In this document: positions 13,532 to 24,027 of the stretch, piece by piece | How positions within the stretch are numbered: the first letter of the stretch is position 1 | Layout of the letters: each line of letters begins with the position of its first letter | Assembly: GCA_965603825.1 (NCBI GenBank) | Contig: CBFDEM010000033.1 | Coordinates: 124,001 to 188,000 of the forward strand | DNA from: Blepharisma stoltei ATCC 30299 | Taxonomy: Eukaryota > Protista > Ciliophora | Direction: 5' to 3' | Length of the DNA: 64,000 nt | The notes under the pieces: generated by a model | Told to the model about the DNA's origin: nothing | The model's input: only the letters and a program-made list of their open reading frames with translations | Databases searched by the model: none | Translations under genes and position numbers: made by a program

Positions 13532-14581
13532 ATGAAGAATTCACATGTTAACCCTCCTTCTTTAAAAATGTATTCAAGAGCTGGAAAAGCCTCGCTTCAT
13601 CTTTACTCAACGTTATACACTGGAGACAAGAAACATCCGCATATAGAAAAAATAGAAAGTGAGCCAGATATAAATGATGTTTTAAAAGGAATAGAAGAAA
13701 GAGAACAAAGATTTTTAGAGCAGCAGCAGTCTTATAAGCCTAAACCTTCGACTGCTTTTATAGCTGTATCAAGAGCAAGTTTAGAGCTGCTTAGTAGTAA
13801 AAATAATCAAAAATTAGAGCCTGGGCATTATACTCCATCTTATGAACTTCTAAGCAAGCATACCCCATCCCCTAAACTAAGGAAGCTTTCAGATTTTTCC
13901 ACTCCAAAAGTAATTTTTTCTATTAACCCCAATATACAAAGAATCCCACAAAGTTTATCATCAAAATCCATAACAGATAAAGATACAAAAGCAAGTCAGC
14001 TCAGTATAAATTTATCTGAAAGAACAATTATTGATAGAAAAAGTTTTAAATTTGAGAACCAGCTGCCAAGATCATCATTTGTAAAGCGAGACAGCCCTCC
14101 AAATGAAAATAGATTCAGCTATTTGCCAGATTCTCCGCTCAGAAAGACAGTTGTTGATTTTTCTAAAATGCTAGAAAGAGACCCAAACAATAACAAAAAA
14201 AGCTACAAAGAAATCAAATACGGGTTTTTAAGCGAAAGACTAGCACGACGGGTCGAGCTATGGCCTATGTCTATAGTAATGAATGGGAAAAATCAAAAAG
14301 AGCCTGAAAAAATAGAAAAAAAGCCAAAAGAGAAAATTAAATTCCCAAAGGATCCCCAAAGTTTAGTTGACTATGACAAGCTGATTGTGGAAGAGCATTC
14401 TAGAGAAGAAGAAAAAGACCCAGAGCATCAAATTGATGACATAAAAACAGACTTAGTTGAAGCATTAAAGAAAAATAAAAACAATCCTAATGTACATATA
14501 ATTGGTTTTGAAAAAGCCATTGGCAGAGTAAGAAGTCGACAAAGAAGAATTGACTTATCTAGAAATAATACGAAAAATTAG
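13532..14581 (+). CDS. Hypothetical basic protein, 349 aa, with one PG-H-Y-x-P (SHIPPO/STPG-like) motif
   Basis: ATG to TAG ORF; LEPGHYTP motif; divergent from RSP3. Confidence 0.7.
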   Translation: MKNSHVNPPSLKMYSRAGKASLHLYSTLYTGDKKHPHIEKIESEPDINDVLKGIEEREQRFLEQQQSYKPKPSTAFIAVSRASLELLSSKNNQKLEPGHYTPSYELLSKHTPSPKLRKLSDFSTPKVIFSINPNIQRIPQSLSSKSITDKDTKASQLSINLSERTIIDRKSFKFENQLPRSSFVKRDSPPNENRFSYLPDSPLRKTVVDFSKMLERDPNNNKKSYKEIKYGFLSERLARRVELWPMSIVMNGKNQKEPEKIEKKPKEKIKFPKDPQSLVDYDKLIVEEHSREEEKDPEHQIDDIKTDLVEALKKNKNNPNVHIIGFEKAIGRVRSRQRRIDLSRNNTKN

Positions 14582-14590
14582 TATTTTTAT

Positions 14591-15286
14591 TTAATAAATC
14601 CTTCTACACGTAAACGACAATCTTGTTTGTACTCCTATAGTCTCAAAATTTGTTTCGATTTTTCTTTCAGTTTCTAAAGGAGCTTCGAATTTTCGTAAAT
14701 TATTTTTTAATTTTCTTTTTTTCACGTTTTTCATAATTTTCTTAGGCAGCATATCATATCTGATTTCTTTAACTGCTAGCCCTACATTAAGCTTGTTATA
14801 CAAGTTGCTTGGAGGGTTATATGCAGTTACTGTTTTTTTTGGCCAAATATCTGGCAGCTCTTTTTCTTTAAAGCTCATAAGAAGTTGATTATAGCTGATA
14901 ATTTCTTTTCTAAGCAAGTCTGGCTTATTTCCTAGCATCATCATTTTTTGACAAAAAACAGGAAAGTGGCTTTGGCAGAATCCAGTCTTGGGAGGCATGA
15001 GTGGGCTGCTAATTCTTGAAGTTCTTAAAGAGTGAGTTACAGAAACCATAAGAGAATCTGTGGAGTTTTTGTGTTCGGGGATTTGATTTGGGAAGCCTGC
15101 TGTGTTGATTCGTTTATGGACTCAGCCTTTAGAGAGATTAAAATGATTAGAATTGAGTTTCATCGGGGATATAGAAGGCTTAGTAGTTTTGTCTAAATAT
15201 GTTGCTGTTATGGAATTCAAGGTTTCGCTTGCACTTTTTATCTGTTTCGTCATTAGTTCTGATAAGAGATCTTCGTCCTTTTCCAT
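14591..15286 (-). CDS. Hypothetical protein, 231 aa
   Basis: ATG 15286 (MEKDEDLL..) in frame with track ORF 14591-15049 through one TGA=Trp. Confidence 0.75.
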
Positions 15287-15347
15287 TGAGATTTAATAAC
15301 GCAAAAATATAATAAGAAAAAAGAAATATTTGTTGCATATCCATCAT

Positions 15348-15409
15348 AATTTTGGTTTGCTAAGCTTTGCAGTGCCGCAAGCCTTAACCGCCGCTGGCAA
15401 ACCAAATTT
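15348..15409. other. GC-enriched stem-loop (candidate structured ncRNA or cis-element)
   Basis: TTTGGTTTGC (15351-60) pairs perfectly with GCAAACCAAA (15397-406), extendable inward; inner TTGC/GCAA hairpin. Confidence 0.4.
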
Positions 15410-15470
15410 TCCCCAGAGCTAATAGAATCTGAATCATTTCTAAAGACTTATTTAAGAGGGCTTACTTTTT

Positions 15471-15999
15471 ATTAAATTTTGAAGGATCCATATTAATATT
15501 AAGAACCAATTTTATGTTCTAAAATATTTAAAACTGGATTACACAGGGCTTAATTTCGATCTTTATATTTTTCCATTTATACAGAAATTCGAAGGTTCTC
15601 TCATACACAATTCGTTCAATTTCCAAATGCACCCTTAAGTCATAGTCCTTATCTATCTTTCAATATGAGCTCAGTTCGTCTTCTATCCATTTGATTTTTT
15701 TATACATAGTTAAAGAGAGTTCCATTGAACTCCATAAGTCTTCTAAAATACTTTTAAGCTCATTATTAGATAAATGTCTGGTATCTGAATTGCTTAATGA
15801 CTGAATATCAGACAAGACAGAGTTATGGTGCTCTTCATTTCTTCTTTGCTGCCTTTCTTTTTCTTTTTCTTCTTCTGTTTGCTCTGGTTGTTCTTTTTTC
15901 TTCCTAAAATAAGCTAGAATGTTTTGAAATCTCATCTTAATTATAATTAGGTATTAAGTTTTAGAATAATTTATTTCTGCCTACTGATTAAGAATCTGG
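15471..15999. repeat. ~530-bp dispersed direct repeat (unit A) containing the orphan gene
   Basis: Aligns by eye with 43988-44513 from attaaattttgaaggatcc to gaatctgg. Confidence 0.92.
15528..15935 (-). CDS. Orphan 135-aa protein, copy A (MRFQNILAYF..)
   Basis: Track ORF extends through TGA at 15660 to TAA at 15528; close paralog at 44046-44450 keeps the frame. Confidence 0.75.
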
Positions 16000-16135
16000 G
16001 ATTTATTTGATAACTCCCAACTGTATTAAATTTAGCTCCTTTAGCCATCTTAAAATTTTAACAATTGTTTTTTCAATATGCGTAGGATAAGAAGATCACA
16101 AGAAATGCATAAAAGCTTTAGAGAAAATATTATAT

Positions 16136-16286
16136 AAGTTTTATGATTTTCCATTTATACACAAATTTAGGGGCTTTCTCAAGCTAAATTTTTTTCAATT
16201 TCTATATGCACCCTTAAGTCATAATCCTTCCTTATCCTTTAGAATAAATCCAGTTGTTCTTCTATCCATTTACTTTCTTTATGCGT
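16136..16286 (-). pseudogene. Decayed partial copy (C) of the orphan gene
   Basis: ttccatttatac..atgcacccttaagtcata.tcctt..tctatccatt; most similar to the copy at ~44896-45170. Confidence 0.8.
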
Positions 16287-16499
16287 AGAGGATCTTACAA
16301 AGTATTCAATAGATGACAATTTATTTTTAATTAAAAGTAAATTGCGCTGCTTAGTCTTATCTCTTAACGAATGGACTGCTTTAGATAATTTGAGATCTAG
16401 GATATGATTTTTGTTAATTATTCCATTGATTTCTTATGGGTTAAACCTTATCAAAGGTTAGAATGATTAGGATTGAGATATTTAAATGTCTTATAATAT

Positions 16500-16710
16500 A
16501 CAGAGCCGCCGTAGTGTAGTCTACATAGAACTTTATGCTTTAGCTGTAAAAACTGGTTTTTATTTCGGCATCAATATCTTTTATTATCACAATTTTACCT
16601 ATCTGTAACAATAATATACGATAAATTGTGAGTTTTCTTGATAAAATGTTCTTATTTTAAAATAAATTCTTATATAGCAATACTACTGCTTTATTAATTC
16701 TTTAATATAG
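16500..16710 (+). pseudogene. Decayed duplicate of tRNA-His (relic ~16511-16576) with its flanks and the 3' tip of the channel gene
   Basis: agagcc-gcc gtagtgtagt..atcttttatt..cttattttaa..aaattctta..tagcaat.ctactgctttattaa aligns with 17246-17410 and 17512-17559; T-arm/B-box destroyed. Confidence 0.8.
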
Positions 16711-16762
16711 TTTCCGATAAAATAAAATGATTTAATTGATGATAAAATTTTAACATTTTTGG

Positions 16763-17050
16763 TGTTCTAAAATATTTAAAACAGATTAAATGCTTAATCT
16801 TAAATGTCGAGTTTTAAGTTTTCCGTTTAGACAAAAATTAAAGGTATTCTCAAGCACAACCCATTCTACTTGCATGCCCCCTTAAGTCATGCTCCTTCCT
16901 TATCCTTCAAATAAAGTTAGTTCACCTTCTATCCATTGACTTTCTTTATACATAATTAAGGAGAGCCAATTGAATTCCATATGTTTCCCGAAATATTATT
17001 AAACTTATCTAAATGTTTAACAACTGAATTTTAAACAACGCAGAGTTATG
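16763..17050 (-). pseudogene. Decayed partial copy (D) of the orphan gene
   Basis: tgttctaaaatatttaaaac..cccttaagtcat..ttctatccatt..ttatacata.ttaa.gagag..cagagttatg. Confidence 0.8.
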
Positions 17051-17255
17051 CTATTAATCGACTAAAATTATGAAGGTTAACATATTTTAGATAGTTATAA
17101 TAAGCTGTTTTATTTTAAATGAGAATTTTTCACTTAAAAATTAAATAAAACTCAATGGTCAAATTGGAAAATAAAAATATTTGGATTATTAGTGCCTGAA
17201 TAGTTTCTGATTTGATTTCAAATATAAATACAGTTTAATTAGCATAGAGCCAGCC

Positions 17256-17326
17256 GTCGGTGTAGTTTAGTGGTAGAATCTTACGTTGTGGCCGTAAGTA
17301 CCTGGGCTCGATTCCCAGCACCGACA
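17256..17326 (+). tRNA. tRNA-His (GUG)
   Basis: Acceptor GTCGGTG/CACCGAC, D-loop AGTGGTA, anticodon arm TTACG-TTGTGGC-CGTAA (GTG 17288-90), T arm CTGGG-CTCGATT-CCCAG, discriminator A, downstream TTTT. Confidence 0.95.
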
Positions 17327-17530
17327 TCTTTTATTGTCAATAATTTTGTCTATCTGAGCAATGATATAATTAATTGTTATTTTCTATAGATAAAGTGCTT
17401 CTTATTTTAATAATATTGAATTTTGTGAAAAAAATGAATTAAAGCATATTTCAAAATAATAAATTCAAGGTAAACAATACAGATTTAAAATAAAGTATAA
17501 AATTAAAATAATAAAATTCTTATAGCAATG

Positions 17531-19927
17531 CTACTGCTTTATTAACTCCTCAATATAGTATAAACTTCTAAGTGTATTTTCTTGTTGGTTTCCAAATCCA
17601 ACAATCGAATCACTAATGATCTTATGATCTTGATTTATTTTCTTCTCAGAATTGCTTATTTTCACCAAAATATTGCTATCCCTCCCATCATTTTCTTCTA
17701 CTAATGAATCTTCTCCTCCTAGCAAATCAGTCAAAGTATCCTCATCATAAATTCATTTATCTGATGAAGAAATTTTAGTCGTTTGAGTCCTATAGGTTAT
17801 AGGTATTTTAGTCCTTTGGCTTGTATACTCAAAAGGTCTTATTTCTGGAAAATCCGTATTCGACAGCGCTCTCCAATCAATTGTAGCACTTCTATGCCTC
17901 AAAGGCTGTCTTTCAACTATATTCACTGGAGGCGCCGACGACAAAATTGACCTTTTCCTTCTTTTCATCATTTTCACCCCATCATCATCTCCAGCGAAAA
18001 CTGTAGTAGACCGTCTCGGTCCTTTATTATGATTACTAGACAGCACATGTGACCACAAGCTGAGATTTTTAAATTTGTCTGCTGAAAACTGCAGACTTGA
18101 CACCATAATTCCTGTATCAGCCCTCAAGTAATGATGGTTTTTGGCTTCTTCTTCAGAGCTAGAGCTTGACGATGAGTCAGAAATTGACTCACTTGCTGAC
18201 GCTTCTGAGTCCGGAGTTTTTGTATTCGGAATTAAATTAAGACTGTGTGCAATTGATTCAGAAAATTTAGCTGAGCGGATTTTATCGATTTCTCTGACTT
18301 CTTCATATATGTCAGGGAATTCTGACATAATTGAGCTAAAATCTTTTTTGGAAAGGACGAGGAAGCTTGATCTCATAGAAACTTCAATAGAAAAGAGCCG
18401 TAGGGAATTAGTGATGAGCTCGTGCTCACCAAAGTAAGAACCATCTACCATGGTTCGGAATGCGACTCCATTAGAAGCTCGAAATAGGACCCTTCCTTTT
18501 TTTAAAAAATACATTTCGTCAGCAATTTCTCCTTCTCTATATAAAAATTCTGACTTGTCGCAGGTCATGCTTTTAAGCCTTGGGACGATTGTGGAGAGGA
18601 ATAAAGGGTCTCGCAATTTGAAAAAATAGATTTTACTGATAACTCGTCGATATAAATAAAGAGTGACTTCTGCTTTAAGTGATGAAGGGAGCTCGTGCAG
18701 CATGGTTTTTTCATTCATGTCGCCTGATAAATTTTCTTTAAAATTCTCTAGGATTGTACGCTTGATTTTCTTTTTCGTCTCATCAGGCAAGTTTATATCA
18801 GTTGCTAAATCCTTTAAGCTATTAAGCCTGGAATCAATTAGTGCACGTCTTTTGTCGATTGATGCAAATTTTGACATCCAATTACTAATTGTATATGAAT
18901 AAAAACTGCCTCCAAAAGCCATCAAAAATATAGCAAAAATTTTTTCAATTTTTGTTAATGCGACAATATCCCCATATCCAATAGTAGTAAGTGTTGCAAA
19001 TACAAAATATATAGAAGCTATATATTTTGATAAGACACTTTGGCTTTGCATTGAGTATCTGTTAATTCATGAATCATAATCTAAATACTGTAACCTTCCT
19101 AAAAGAAACCAAAAACACCCAATTGTGTGTACAACTATAAAATATGTTGCAAGGACCTTAAAAATACTGAAAAACGAGCTTAAAATTTCCATTCATGATT
19201 TCTTTTTGGAAGCTTTAGTTTCTTTTAATCATCTACTAAAAAAATTCGCACTTTGGTAGGTTACTGAATATCGATATAATAAAAATAGCCTAAATAATTT
19301 TAAATACTTTAACAAATCGTATCAGGAGTCGTCTTTATCATTAACAACTCAGGCTCATAATTCTACAGGAGTAACTGCAATTATATCGAAAATAAATCAG
19401 CCTTTAATATACATAATAACTATATCTTTTCTATTCGTAATCATTTTGTAGCTGCTATTTACATGCACTGAATTTATCATAATTAGCATGTTCAAAAAGA
19501 CCAAAAAATCAATAAAAATTTCAAGCTCCCAAGGGTCATTTCTTTGGAAACTCACTGTGAATGGCAAGCCTACAGCAGTTCAAATTAAAAACGGCCAAAG
19601 GATATAAGCCCAAATTTTGCAAAAAATTGAATCTGGCTGGAAAAGGTAGCCGGAGCTTGGCTTGTGAAGAGTTTCTTGGACCATTGTACAATAAGTGGGC
19701 TGTGTCCCATAAAGATGAATATCTTTGCTTAGTCCATGCAGATGTGAAGCGGTTTTTACGATAGCTCGGAGACGGGATCATAATTGACTTGTTCTGTTTA
19801 GATGATGCTTGTCTAATTTAATAGGAGATCCAACTGTTGAACCATAATAACCTTCTGTAGTCCCGACATTCATATATAGGCTTGTCATTGAAAGATCATT
19901 TTCCTTTTGGATATTGTTGTCTTCCAT
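17531..19927 (-). CDS. Cyclic-nucleotide-binding-domain (EAG/KCNH-like) K+ channel, 798 aa
   Basis: ATG 19927, single frame with TGA=Trp; YIKG(W)FIFDII, H..GCFW, pore TLTTIGYGDI, C-linker ELPSSLKAEV, CNBD EGEIADEMYF..G..FGE. Confidence 0.93.
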
Positions 19928-20605
19928 GCATTATAAATACCTCAAAATTAAGAAAATAATTTAAAATATTATAAATCAGTTTTGGAATTCTTAAGAAATT
20001 ATCTAATTAGTTATTTATCAAATTTAAAGAATTCTCCTAATGATTACCTAATGGTTGATTTCAAAGTTTTTCAATTAGATTGTTCAGGTGATTAAGATGA
20101 GAATTTCTCTAATAATTAACTTATATAAAGCTAAAAGCTTTAAAATCACTTAATTAGATGATAAGTGACCTAATATTTCTCAAAGGGGCTTTTTTGCTGC
20201 TTTTTGTTTTAGAATTCCCCATTCCATGAGAAGAGAGGGTTGCTTCCCTAGCATAACTAGAGCAGAATTTGTAAAGATAAAACTAATATAAAATGTTAAG
20301 CTTCACTTAAATTTTGCATTAAAGTAACAATTAGACATTATTATAACGAAATTATACTCATATCTAACTGTTAAATAAAATTGGCAAATTGAACTAAATT
20401 TGGTAATTAATAAAAATGTCCCTTTAAATAAAATAGAAAAATACCAATATTTCAGAAATTTGAATATGTATTGAAAATAGGTTTAAATCTCATAATAATA
20501 GCGTAAAAACTTTTAGATTTTATGATTTAATACTGAAACCTTTATTAATTACATGAACTAATCAACCCATGTTTTCCAAAATGATTTCAGGATCAGAAGC
20601 TTAAC

Positions 20606-21529
20606 TTAGTCTTTGAACTCATATCCTCGCTTAGACAAAAATATAGGATTTGCTGACTGCTGTATTGGTGTCGAAGGCATTGTTACCGCAGCTGATTTTT
20701 CATCATAAACTTTAACCGGAGCTACTTTTTTTGCAACTATTTCTTTTTTTGAATTATATATAGGGGACTGACTTGGTGAGCAAGGCACAAACCTGAAAGC
20801 TCGTGTTCTATCCACAGAAATGTTTTTTGTTTTAGGCTTTTTTATGTAAGGAGAATTTGGTCCTGTATCTGCTGTTGAAGTGCATACAGGCGTGCTCGAA
20901 TTAAATTTTTTTGTTCGAGGTTTCATAGGCTTAATAGGAATTTCGTCTAATCCTAATTTTTCAAAATCATCTAAAAAACTTAGAATCCCAGTATAAGTAG
21001 CATTTTTCTCTTTGTTGAAAGTCTCCCCATAGTAGTTATGGATAAGCGGAACATAAGGAATCGCCACCTTACTTGGTTTTGAAACTGCTTCAGTCAGCTC
21101 AGGCGTGAAGGTCCTCAGAATTTTATTTTCGTCACTGCTTATCCTCGTTTCCGATTTTATTCTGGAATTTGCATCAAAAGTGAAATTATTGATTTGTTTT
21201 TCTGTAAATTTCACGTCAATTTTTTCAGGCTGCTTAATTAAATTATCTGGGGATATACAAAATATCCCTTTGACTCTGGGAATCTTGTGAATTTTTTCGT
21301 CAACTGGAGTAATTCGTTTGGTTAAGCTTAGATCAGATGATGATGAATTTATTTCACTTTCGATTTTTGTGATCTTAGAGAATCTTTCTTTGAAGCTGTT
21401 TTTTATCAATTTTTCATGGACTGATTGATCTTCTTTCTTGAAAATTTTGGTTAAGCTGATTTCTGGTACTATACTTTTTTTGTTACTGAGCGAGCCTTTT
21501 CTGGGTCTTAATACAGTGTTTACATCCAT
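20606..21529 (-). CDS. Hypothetical low-complexity basic protein, 307 aa
   Basis: ATG to TAA ORF; no motif recognised. Confidence 0.7.
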   Translation of the reverse strand: MDVNTVLRPRKGSLSNKKSIVPEISLTKIFKKEDQSVHEKLIKNSFKERFSKITKIESEINSSSSDLSLTKRITPVDEKIHKIPRVKGIFCISPDNLIKQPEKIDVKFTEKQINNFTFDANSRIKSETRISSDENKILRTFTPELTEAVSKPSKVAIPYVPLIHNYYGETFNKEKNATYTGILSFLDDFEKLGLDEIPIKPMKPRTKKFNSSTPVCTSTADTGPNSPYIKKPKTKNISVDRTRAFRFVPCSPSQSPIYNSKKEIVAKKVAPVKVYDEKSAAVTMPSTPIQQSANPIFLSKRGYEFKD

Positions 21530-22429
21530 TTGAATTGTAATTCTAATAAAAATCCATATGAGAATGCCAGAGCATGGAGTGCTATTTTAATTTTAATGAC
21601 AGAATGTAGGTATGGTTTGATATCGGCGAATTTTTTAATTATTTTTTAGTTTTCGGAAATTCTGTTTATTAAAATCATATAAATTTAGATAGGAAATTTA
21701 TGAAAAGAAGAAATATATACTCATAATTATCTTAATGGGAAATTAAGCAACTATTATTGAAAATATAATAAAATTATCGTATCGCTGATAAAGAAAATTT
21801 ATAACTGATAAAAAACTTAATGGATTTCAATTTTTTTTTATTAAAGCTCAAAATAGCAGTCCATGATTTTTAAAAGAATTGCTAATAGCTAGAATTGATC
21901 GTTACAAATAATGATAAAGTATTTAAAGTATAATTATTGCCTATATATACCTTATTTTATATTAACATCTTTCAAATTAATTAAATAAATTAAAACAATT
22001 ATCTTGTGTAGAAAGAAAAAATTATCAATATCATCCTGCCTAACTTGCATTTATAGCGAATATGGAATATTAAAATACTCACATATCACCTTAGAGACAT
22101 AATTTTTTATTTATATAAGTAAAGACCTAAAACAGTGACATCAATAAAATTCTCAAATAAATCATTCATTGGAATCTAAACTTCCTAAATATCAAACTAT
22201 CCTCTTTATAATATCTCATAAGCCATATTTCACATATTATATTAGCACCAATTTTATGGTGAACAATTATATATTGGCTATTAAAAGAAGTTGTTTCCAA
22301 TAGCCTTGCTCAATAAATCATTATCTTAATTTATCATTTGGATAGGCACACAACCTTTGGATTTATAAAGATAAAATTTGTTAAAATGGTTGATCAACCA
22401 TGACAACTCACTCATCATATTATTTATAA

Positions 22430-23995
22430 ATGTCATTAACTGTAGGCATAGAGAGCATTTTTTGCTTGGTGCTTATTACTCTCTCTATGATTTTATCAGT
22501 ATACCTTCCAAAATTTAAGGTAAATCCAATTTAGATAAATTATTTGCATGAATCTAGCATAATTATATTGATTGGAATTGGACTTGGAGCTATTATGGAC
22601 TCCGCTGGACACACTCTTTCAAAATTTAGCTCTGATATCTTTTTTGACTTTATTTTACCACTCCTAATTTTAGCTGCAGGTTTTAATATGAAAAGACGGC
22701 GATTTTTCAGAAATATTGGCCCGATTTTTTTATTCGGGGTGATAGGCACTTTTGTGTGTTTTATTCTAATTGCAGCGATGTCTTATGTATTAAGTGAATG
22801 GGGAATTATAAATAACTCAGGCCCTACTACATATTTGAGTCCTAGTGAAGTGTTAGCTTTAGGAGCTGTTTTATCTTCTTCTGATGTAGTTTGTGCCCTT
22901 GCTTTGGTTGAAGAAAATAAAACTCCCAAATTGCATTCTATTTTATTCGGGGAGTCTATCATTAATGATGCAGTGGCAATTTTGCTAGTAAACGTGGTCA
23001 AAACAGTAAAATTTACCGATATTAACGAAATTGAGGTATTTACTTTTATTGGAACTTTTCTATATGTAAGTATTACCAGTATTTTGATGGGAGTCATCTT
23101 TGGGCTAATCGCGACTTTTATGACAAAAAAATTCTACGATTTAAGAGATGAGCCTAGCAAATCCATTGGCTTGTTATTTTATATTTCCTTTTTAGGCTAT
23201 ATGGTATCAAAAGCAGTTGAATTATCTGCTGTAATCACACTATTGGTGAGCGGTATTATATCAGGGCACTATGCTTGGTATAATTTATCAAAAATTTCAA
23301 GAACTTCTGTAGCTAACGCCTTCGCCTTTATCGGTGAAGCCTCAGAAGCACTAGTTTTTGCTTATTTAGGAGTTTCTGCGTTTACTTATTATGAAAATGA
23401 TAGAATGGAATGGAATTTTATAGTCACAGTTTCAGGGGCTAATGTCATTGCAAGACTAGTAGCTGTATTTGGATTAGTCTGAATGGTGCAGCTGCTTTCC
23501 CGTGGGAAATTTAAAATGTCAATTAGCGCTATTTCAGTTATATGGATGGGCGGAATAATTCGAGGTGCCGTTTCTTTTGCCTTAGTGCTTGATTTGGATT
23601 TTAATAATTCAAAAATCCTTCGCACGACTGTCTTAGGAGTTGTGATAGGCACCACAATTGTTTTTGGAACTATATTACCACTATGAGTACGCCTTGTTAA
23701 GCCTGATGAAGGCTCTGATGATCGTGGAACTGAGGTAAAAGATGACGAAATTTCCCGTTCTTTATCAGGCAGGAAAAGTCTATTTTTAGCACAAGACGAA
23801 ACCAAAGTGTATAAAAATTGAGTCCACAGAATGTGAAGAAATATTGACGACAAATATGTAAAACCTTTGTTAATACATAAAGAAGCATTAGAAGAAGTCA
23901 AAAGAGAAAAAGAAACCCTGTCTGTTAAGAGTGAAGAGCAAAGGAATAATAGCGACATAGCATCAGCTAGCACTACTTATAGAGAGTTACAATAG
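22430..23995 (+). CDS. Na+/H+ exchanger (CPA1, NHX/NHE8-like); intron 22520-22534
   Basis: FFDFILP..I..AGF.MK...FF.N, LFGESIINDAVAI, G..RGAVSFAL, VHRM(W)RNIDDKYVKP; ATG 22430, TAG 23995. Confidence 0.93.
22520..22534 (+). other. 15-nt spliceosomal intron
   Basis: gtaaatccaatttag; removal deletes an in-frame TAG and joins ..PKFK to INYLHES. Confidence 0.9.
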
Positions 23996-24027
23996 ATATT
24001 ACTTAAGAAATTATAGCTTAATTATTC

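Noticed and set aside
15362-15385. Resemblance to the 5' end of U4 snRNA or the U5 loop
   Set aside because: Match too short; U5 loop GCCUUUUAC is not present and no convincing Sm site follows.
15471-15999. Calling the ~530-bp repeat a transposon or MITE
   Set aside because: No terminal inverted repeats, target-site duplication or transposase motif visible; kept as a repeat/gene duplication.
16511-16576. The tRNA relic has TTA at the anticodon position (apparent ochre suppressor)
   Set aside because: T-arm/B-box destroyed, an internal T-run would stop Pol III, and the acceptor stem is broken; the changes look like AT-biased decay.
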